IMG/VR virus record: IMGVR_UViG_3300014822_000084 | Coordinates: 1 to 30,233 of that record | Direction: 5' to 3' (one strand) | Origin: a virus | Lineage: Duplodnaviria > Caudoviricetes | DNA: 30,233 nucleotides | In this document: positions 23,974 to 30,233 of the stretch, one piece after another | How positions within the stretch are numbered: position 1 is the first letter of the stretch | Layout of the letters: each line of letters starts with the position of its first letter | Notes under the pieces: generated by a model | Databases searched by the model: none | Told to the model about the DNA's origin: nothing | The model's input: the letters and a program-made list of their open reading frames with translations, nothing else | Made by a program: the position numbers and the translations under genes

Positions 23974-26900
23974 TGTAGAGGCCAAATACAGAGGACGCGG
24001 CTTTGAGGCCGCCCAACGTGCTGCACGCGAATTTGAGGACGGCTTAATCAGCCTAAGCCGCGAATTACAGCAGCAAGCCGCAGCGTGGAAAGAAGCAAAC
24101 AGCCGGACAATCGCTCTGAAAACATCTTACAAACAGCTACAACGTGAAGGGTTTACACCGGCAAGCGAAACGTTACAAGACCTGTCACGCCAAATCAACG
24201 AGGCGCAAGAGGCCGAGCATGTTTTAATCAGCGAAACACGCAGATTAATTCAGGCCAATGAGGAAGCCGCGCAGGGAAACGACCGCGCAGCCGCTTCATT
24301 GGCTGAGTTAGGCGGACGACTGGACTACGCAGAAGCAAAAATTACAGGCCTAACCCGCGCACAGAAAAACGCGAACCAAAATGCTAAGGAGCTAACCAAA
24401 GCAACTGATCGCGTAGGGGATGAAATGGCGCAAGTGGGCCAGCAAACCCAACGCGCCGCAGATGGGATTGATCGCGTAGGGGATGAGAGCAAACGCGCCG
24501 CAGATGGAATTGACAGCCTAAACAGTAACCTAGCAAAAATTGGGATAGCGGCAAATGTCGTTGGGGACATGCTAACCGATGCTGCTTATGCAGCCGTGCA
24601 ATTTGCAAAAGATTCTAACCAAGCATTTTTAGACTTTGACCGAAGCAGCCGCGAAATTTTTACGCTTTTGCCAGAGGCAAGCGTACAAATGCGCGAAAGT
24701 CTAACCCGTGACGTACAACTATTGGGCACGGAGCTTGGGAGATTGCCCGAAGAAATGTTACCGGCCGTATACCAAGCACTGTCAGCAGGTATACCAAAAA
24801 ACAACGTATTAGACAGTGTTGAAACAGCCAGCAGCGCAGCCCGCGCAGGTGTAGCCGAATTAAGCGAAACGCTTGCAACCGGCGTGGGCATATTGAACGC
24901 TTACGGCCGCCCCGCAACCGAGCTTGAAAATGTTTATGATTCTTTGTTTTTCTTGATTAAAAACGGCGTGATAACAATGCGTGACCTTAATGCCACCATG
25001 AGCCAGGTCACTAGCGTAGCAGGTGAGGCAAATGTACCCATCGAGGACATCACGGCCGCGCTTGCCGTAATGACAAAGCAAGGCGACAGCGCAGGCGAAG
25101 CAACGGAACTTTTAAGCCTGCTTATCACACAACTTGCTACGGACGGAACGCAGCAGGCGAACGCTTTTGCAGAGGCCGCCGGACAATCATTCAGAAGCTA
25201 CATGGAACACGGCGGCAGCTTGGCAGGCGCACTAGAAACATTGCAAGCCCACGCTGAAAAAACAAACGTGAGCTTAGGCACAATGTTAAGCGGCGGCAGC
25301 CCATTTTTCCGAGATACCCAAGCAGCCCGCGCAGCAATGGAGCTTACAGGCGTTCACATGCAGGAATTTGCCGACTTGACCAAAGAAGCCGGTCAAGTAA
25401 GCGGCACAATGGCAGTGGCAGCCGCCGAAATGGGGGAAGCCGCCGAAATGAGCAGCTTACGCGCCAAAGCTGCAATGGAAGAATTTAAGATTGAGTTAGG
25501 TGAAACGCTTAATCAGGGAATGATCCCGCTTTATGAAAATGCTACAGAATTTTTAACGATTCTAAGCGGAAATAAAGCAGGGCAGATAGACGCAATCAAT
25601 GAAAGTATGATTGCAGCAGCCAGTAACAGCCAGGAGCTTGCAGATGCCGGTAAAAATATCGCCGACGCATACGACATAGCGACCGGCAGCATGATCGGCG
25701 TAATTGGAACGGGTAAGGAAGTCCGGCAAGAGCTTACAGCCGGAGCAGAAGAAACCATACGCGCACTTGCCCAACAAGCAGGAAGCCTTGAGGAATTTAG
25801 AACACTTTTGGCCGACATGGGCACAATGGGAGCAGAGAGCGGCACTTTTGCGCTTTTGGCAGGCTTTGAATTTAATCCAGAAGAAATTTTTAAGCAAGCG
25901 CAGCTTGACAGCGTAAACAACACGCTGCAAGAAACCGACCAACGAATGATAGCATTGGGCAATACAATGGCCCAAATAGCAGCACCGGAACTACCCGACC
26001 CAAACTTATTAAGTCAAATTGCTATAAATGCACTGGACGTATCCAGCGCATTTACCTATGGCGATGAAGCCATAGGCGCAGGCCTAACCGACGCGGCGCA
26101 GCTTGCAAGAGACACGGCCGACGAATTAATAGCAACCAGCGAGGCCATTGCTACAGTATCAGAGGAGCGAGCCGCCAGAATTGCAGCAGCCGCGCAAGCG
26201 GAACAAGCCGCCATAATGGAAAACAGGCAAGCCTATGGCAGCTATGTAAATGCTGCATTAAGCAGCACTGAAACTGAAACAAATTGGATTGATGTACTCT
26301 TTCAATCCGCTAACGCGGAAGGGATAAGCCAAGCCCAACGACTGGCTTTAATGGCGGCCACTGGTGAATACGACGAGGCCGCACAAAAAGCAATCTTGAC
26401 ACAAGCGGCAATGAAAATAGCCAGCGAGGAGCTTGCAACCGCGATTGCTAACGGGGAAATCACCGTCAGCGATGCAGTAACCGCATTAAACGATTTTCAA
26501 ACAGCCCTTGAAGATAATTACACTGTTGAATTTAACTATGACGACTTGATTAATGGGACTAATCAAGCAGCCACTATGAAAGCCGCCCTGCTGGACGCAG
26601 CAGGAGAATACAAAGCGACATTTACAACCACTTATGAAACCATACACAAAGATACCGGTACAAAAGGCGGAGCAACCGCACTTAGCACCGGCGGCACTTT
26701 CCAGCCAGGTGAATGGCTTATTGTCGGAGACGGCCCCGGCGGTCAAATACTACCAACAACTGAATTAGTTGTGTTCGACCGACCGGGAACTGTATTCAAC
26801 GGAGCAGAAACAAACCGGATGTTTAATAATGCTGCTGCTGGCACACCAGCGCAGGCCGGTATACACATTGACAATATCAGTATCATCATGCCGAACGGCA

Positions 26901-26974
26901 GCACACCAGAAATGGCGGCAGCCGCAAAGGACGGGACGATACAGGCACTAAGGGAAGCCGGGTTAACATTATGA
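23948..26974 (+). CDS. Tape measure protein
   Basis: 1008 aa, Ala-rich and helical; TP901-type core (AVYQALSAG, ITAALAVMTKQG); C-terminal GG.F...IVGDG...ELVV. Confidence 0.92.
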   Translation: MSENTLRFNVEAKYRGRGFEAAQRAAREFEDGLISLSRELQQQAAAWKEANSRTIALKTSYKQLQREGFTPASETLQDLSRQINEAQEAEHVLISETRRLIQANEEAAQGNDRAAASLAELGGRLDYAEAKITGLTRAQKNANQNAKELTKATDRVGDEMAQVGQQTQRAADGIDRVGDESKRAADGIDSLNSNLAKIGIAANVVGDMLTDAAYAAVQFAKDSNQAFLDFDRSSREIFTLLPEASVQMRESLTRDVQLLGTELGRLPEEMLPAVYQALSAGIPKNNVLDSVETASSAARAGVAELSETLATGVGILNAYGRPATELENVYDSLFFLIKNGVITMRDLNATMSQVTSVAGEANVPIEDITAALAVMTKQGDSAGEATELLSLLITQLATDGTQQANAFAEAAGQSFRSYMEHGGSLAGALETLQAHAEKTNVSLGTMLSGGSPFFRDTQAARAAMELTGVHMQEFADLTKEAGQVSGTMAVAAAEMGEAAEMSSLRAKAAMEEFKIELGETLNQGMIPLYENATEFLTILSGNKAGQIDAINESMIAAASNSQELADAGKNIADAYDIATGSMIGVIGTGKEVRQELTAGAEETIRALAQQAGSLEEFRTLLADMGTMGAESGTFALLAGFEFNPEEIFKQAQLDSVNNTLQETDQRMIALGNTMAQIAAPELPDPNLLSQIAINALDVSSAFTYGDEAIGAGLTDAAQLARDTADELIATSEAIATVSEERAARIAAAAQAEQAAIMENRQAYGSYVNAALSSTETETNWIDVLFQSANAEGISQAQRLALMAATGEYDEAAQKAILTQAAMKIASEELATAIANGEITVSDAVTALNDFQTALEDNYTVEFNYDDLINGTNQAATMKAALLDAAGEYKATFTTTYETIHKDTGTKGGATALSTGGTFQPGEWLIVGDGPGGQILPTTELVVFDRPGTVFNGAETNRMFNNAAAGTPAQAGIHIDNISIIMPNGSTPEMAAAAKDGTIQALREAGLTL

Positions 26975-27378
26975 GAGGTTATCTAAAATCTTTTGGCAGC
27001 ATCATTTTACATGATGGAACAAGCCGCTTTGCTAAGGAAGTGAAGATTGCAACAAGAGCAGCAACCTTCACACTGGTTAGAACCGCAGCAGGCGGATACT
27101 TTGACCCATACGGCGCAAACGACGCGCCTACCCAACTAAATCAAATTCAAAGCACCCACCTATTGAAATTTGCGTCGCCATCTTCACTTAATTTGGAAAT
27201 TGCGACGTTAGAAGCCGCAATAGGGACACGAGCAACGCTTACAGCCGTCCAGATGGACGGCAGCCCGGATCAAACTTGCCAAGCCCGTTTGATCCAAATG
27301 CAGCGCGGCAGCCCCAAAAACAGCAGCCGAAACGAACAGATAACATTGACGTTTCAGCCAGTAACAGAATGGGCATAA
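26971..27378 (+). CDS. Distal tail protein (putative)
   Basis: Directly follows the tape measure gene with an ATGA overlap. Confidence 0.55.
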   Translation: MRGYLKSFGSIILHDGTSRFAKEVKIATRAATFTLVRTAAGGYFDPYGANDAPTQLNQIQSTHLLKFASPSSLNLEIATLEAAIGTRATLTAVQMDGSPDQTCQARLIQMQRGSPKNSSRNEQITLTFQPVTEWA

Positions 27379-27379
27379 T

Positions 27380-29032
27380 ATGGCATTGTCATTCACAAAC
27401 GCAACGGCACAGGTGTATACACCGGCCGCAATTGCAACCGGAACACCTACCGCAACCATATCACCGGTAATAGCTGCAACTGGCACGCATTACGGCAATC
27501 GAATTGGTAACGGCCGATGCACAATACCAGTGGCAGCCACAAATAGCAGCGAGCTTAAAAAAGGCAGATTTTTGCGAGTGACCACGCAATCAGCCGAAAG
27601 CGGCTTATTATTTGTTTGCGGCTTTTACATTCAAGATGTTGAAATACGCTTTGCCGAAGGTACGGCCGTTTACGACCTTTCAGGCCCCGACCAATTAGCC
27701 GAACTATCGTACCGGCGAATTGGTTACGGATTAATCACAAACGCCTTTGACATCCTGAACAATGAACCCAACTGGACATTTTTTAATACTACCTTGCCCC
27801 CTGTTTACATTGCTGGAGATAATCAAACAATCTACGACGCATTGAAACAGATGGAAGCCCAGACCGGCTTACGCTTTGCCATGCAAAGCTACGAAACCCC
27901 ATCAACCCGGCAAATTATCTTTTTTGAAGATGATAGCCAAGTCCCATACATCACGCTTACAGATAATGCACCCGAAAACGACCCGATACAGAACCCGATT
28001 TTTACACTAACAAGACGGGACAACACGGCCGCACCCGTGACCCGCTTATATGTATTCGGGGCAGGTATCGGAGCAGACCGCGTGAAAATCACAGAGGCAC
28101 AGGGACTTGTAACCCCACCAGCAGGATATTCAGTAAGTTGGGCTGCTTCATTAATTACATATGATGCAGCAGAAGCCGCAGGAGCGACCATCATTGAGGA
28201 TGAAAAAACGTTCGGCAGCATACGGCCGATAGACGACACAGCCGCAGAGAAACAAAACGCGGCAGTTAGTCTATTTAATGCTGCAATCAATTACATGCAA
28301 GAAATCAATGCCCCGGATGAAATACTTACAATTGAAACACGCTGGCATACAGGTGACGTTTATCCCGGCATGAAAGTGAATGTTTACCACAATTCACCTT
28401 TATATGGCGTGATAAACGCAGGGTTTACCGTGCAGCAAGTAACCTATGAGCTATCACCACAAACCGCATGGAGAAAGGTCACTTTAATTTTGTCCAATGT
28501 CGTGAACAAAATTATTGAGGGCAGCGACGCAGTTGCCGAGATATTGAAAAAACACGAAGCGCAGCTAACAAGCAGCAGCGCACCGGCAACCGGCAGCCCA
28601 ACAACCACCCCCATCAACCATGACCAGCTATTAGGCCTACTCGACGACGACCATACGCAGTATTTACGAGCGGACGGAGGAAGGATTTTAGTTGGTCATT
28701 TAAGCGTGGGGGCAGGATATACCATTGACGGCGTAGACGTTTCTCAATTGAGTGACGACTACACAACACACGTAAGCAGGCCGGACGCGCACCACAGCCC
28801 CGGCACACTTACGGTCACATCAACAAACAGCACGGCAGGCGGCACAGAAACACACGCGATTGCTGCAAGCAGCAACCCCGGCGCAGCCGCCACCATTCTA
28901 GCAACCAATGGCGCAGGACAACTAACATTGCAGCGCCTTGACGTGACACAGATCGTCCTAACGGACGAATTAAACGGCAATAAGTATCAATTAATCATCA
29001 AGGACGGCCGTTTATACAAACGGCCCATATAA
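27380..29032 (+). CDS. Tail tip / baseplate hub protein
   Basis: VTRLYVFGAG hub-like motif; C-terminal HDQLLGLLDDDHTQYL and IDGVDVS virion motifs. Confidence 0.7.
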   Translation: MALSFTNATAQVYTPAAIATGTPTATISPVIAATGTHYGNRIGNGRCTIPVAATNSSELKKGRFLRVTTQSAESGLLFVCGFYIQDVEIRFAEGTAVYDLSGPDQLAELSYRRIGYGLITNAFDILNNEPNWTFFNTTLPPVYIAGDNQTIYDALKQMEAQTGLRFAMQSYETPSTRQIIFFEDDSQVPYITLTDNAPENDPIQNPIFTLTRRDNTAAPVTRLYVFGAGIGADRVKITEAQGLVTPPAGYSVSWAASLITYDAAEAAGATIIEDEKTFGSIRPIDDTAAEKQNAAVSLFNAAINYMQEINAPDEILTIETRWHTGDVYPGMKVNVYHNSPLYGVINAGFTVQQVTYELSPQTAWRKVTLILSNVVNKIIEGSDAVAEILKKHEAQLTSSSAPATGSPTTTPINHDQLLGLLDDDHTQYLRADGGRILVGHLSVGAGYTIDGVDVSQLSDDYTTHVSRPDAHHSPGTLTVTSTNSTAGGTETHAIAASSNPGAAATILATNGAGQLTLQRLDVTQIVLTDELNGNKYQLIIKDGRLYKRPI

Positions 29033-29049
29033 ATAAAGGAAGGTGAATC

Positions 29050-29475
29050 ATGGCAGCAGGTGACGTAACAATAACTAATCAGTTAGTGGAAGAAATGGCA
29101 ACCGCCTTTTTTGGCAGTGGTACATTTAAGGCATCGTTACACAATCTAACAGGCGGCTTCAACAAAGATACAATGAATCATTTTTCAGATGTTACCGGCG
29201 AAATCGCCGCAAGCGGGTACACCGCCGGAGGTATCACACTGGTGAATGTTGCAGCCACCAGAGATAACACCAATGACCGGATGCAGATAACATGGGATGC
29301 AGCGACCATCACAGCATTAGGCGCAGCAACTATCACCCATATTATTATCAGAAAAGACACCGGCACGGCCGCTACAAGTCCAATTGTGTGCGCCATTGAC
29401 GCATTAGATTCTAATGGCAATGACTATCAAATCACGCCAGGAGCAAACGGGGTTATCTGGCTTAATTCATTCTAA
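29050..29475 (+). CDS. Minor tail / virion structural protein
   Basis: FKASL...EIAASGYTAGG motif; GGAAGGT RBS. Confidence 0.7.
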   Translation: MAAGDVTITNQLVEEMATAFFGSGTFKASLHNLTGGFNKDTMNHFSDVTGEIAASGYTAGGITLVNVAATRDNTNDRMQITWDAATITALGAATITHIIIRKDTGTAATSPIVCAIDALDSNGNDYQITPGANGVIWLNSF

Positions 29476-29481
29476 AAACCA

Positions 29482-30233
29482 ATGCCACAAGTAACCAGAC
29501 TACCAACCACCGGAACGAGCGACGGCAGCAATGGCGGCAGCAAGGCATGGAGCAATCCATCACGAGTTACCACTAGTGATAATTCGGAGGCGCAAGCAAA
29601 TCTAAGCCCCGGTAATACAACGCACTGGCTTAGAGCAGGCGGCTTTGATTTTTCTGTTATCCCCGACACCGCAACCATCAACACCATTAATGTGCGTGCA
29701 GAATGTCGCACAAATGGAACTGTATTAGATGTTGATTGCTTACTTGAGTTACCCGCATTTGGCGGAACAGGAACAAACCAGCCAAACGCAGCAACATGGC
29801 CGACATTGGCAAATACGTACCATGAACACAGCCACACGGCCGCGCAATGGGGAGGCACGCTAACAGGAAGCGATATAAAAGACCCCGCCTTTTACGTGCT
29901 TATATCAGCAACGAACACCGGCGGCAGCAACGCAGGTACACGCATTGACAGCATTGAAGTAGTCATAGACTACACAGAGAGCGGCGGCACACCCGTGACC
30001 ATCAATGTAACGAATGGTCAGGCAACCGCAGCAGGCCAGCCGCTTGCAGCGACCGGCCCGGCCGTGATTGTATCCACCATCACGGCAACCACTTCAACAA
30101 CAGGCCAAGCAGTAGCAATAAACCCCGGAACGGCAGCCGTGACCATTAATGTAGCAAATGGTCAGGCAGCCGCAGCAGGCCAACCAGTAGCAATAAGCAC
30201 CACCGGCCCGGCCGTGACCATTAATGTAGCAAA
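29482..30233 (+). CDS. Tail fibre protein, N-terminal part (continues at base 1; not in the ORF track)
   Basis: ATG 29482 (MPQVTRLPTTGTSDG...GGFDFSVIP...) is open to the window end and in frame with 1-1920 across the overlap. Confidence 0.8.
   Translation, partial: MPQVTRLPTTGTSDGSNGGSKAWSNPSRVTTSDNSEAQANLSPGNTTHWLRAGGFDFSVIPDTATINTINVRAECRTNGTVLDVDCLLELPAFGGTGTNQPNAATWPTLANTYHEHSHTAAQWGGTLTGSDIKDPAFYVLISATNTGGSNAGTRIDSIEVVIDYTESGGTPVTINVTNGQATAAGQPLAATGPAVIVSTITATTSTTGQAVAINPGTAAVTINVANGQAAAAGQPVAISTTGPAVTINVA
29995..30233 (+). repeat. Mosaic coding repeats in the fibre linker (continue to about 193)
   Basis: VTINV(A/T)NGQA unit at 29995, 30139 and 30214/67; a block of about 73 bp at 30049-30121 recurs at 121-193. 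Confidence 0.85.

Noticed and set aside
24407-24515. Short direct repeats in the tape measure gene
   Set aside because: In-frame coding repeats are ordinary for tape measure proteins.
14786-29858. Many - strand ORFs over the structural operon
   Set aside because: They are shadow frames of well-supported + strand genes.

Overview
This looks like a complete, circularly assembled tailed dsDNA phage genome of siphovirus type. It is about 30,147 bp after removing an 86-bp end overlap (1-86 = 30148-30233). The layout has four parts: (i) a + strand morphogenesis and lysis operon from 14884 across the junction to 2817 (terminases, portal, scaffold, capsid, head-tail joining, tail tube, frameshifted tail chaperone, tape measure, tail tip/fibre, holin, EAD-domain protein); (ii) a - strand operon from 9076 to 2849 (three methyltransferase-like genes, an HTH protein, a replication initiator with an internal origin, Zn-finger and membrane proteins); (iii) a non-coding gap at 9077-9945 packed with hairpins whose stems differ but whose loops share an AAACAGCC-type motif; (iv) an early/accessory region at 9946-14738, where four gene cassettes are each preceded by a conserved hairpin+RBS repeat of about 70 bp. 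I could not recognise an integrase, endolysin, primase, helicase or polymerase. A Chloroflexota (Anaerolineae-like) host is inferred from strong ACGGCCGT enrichment and the EAD domain; this is not proven. All product calls come from motif recognition and synteny by eye, with no database search.
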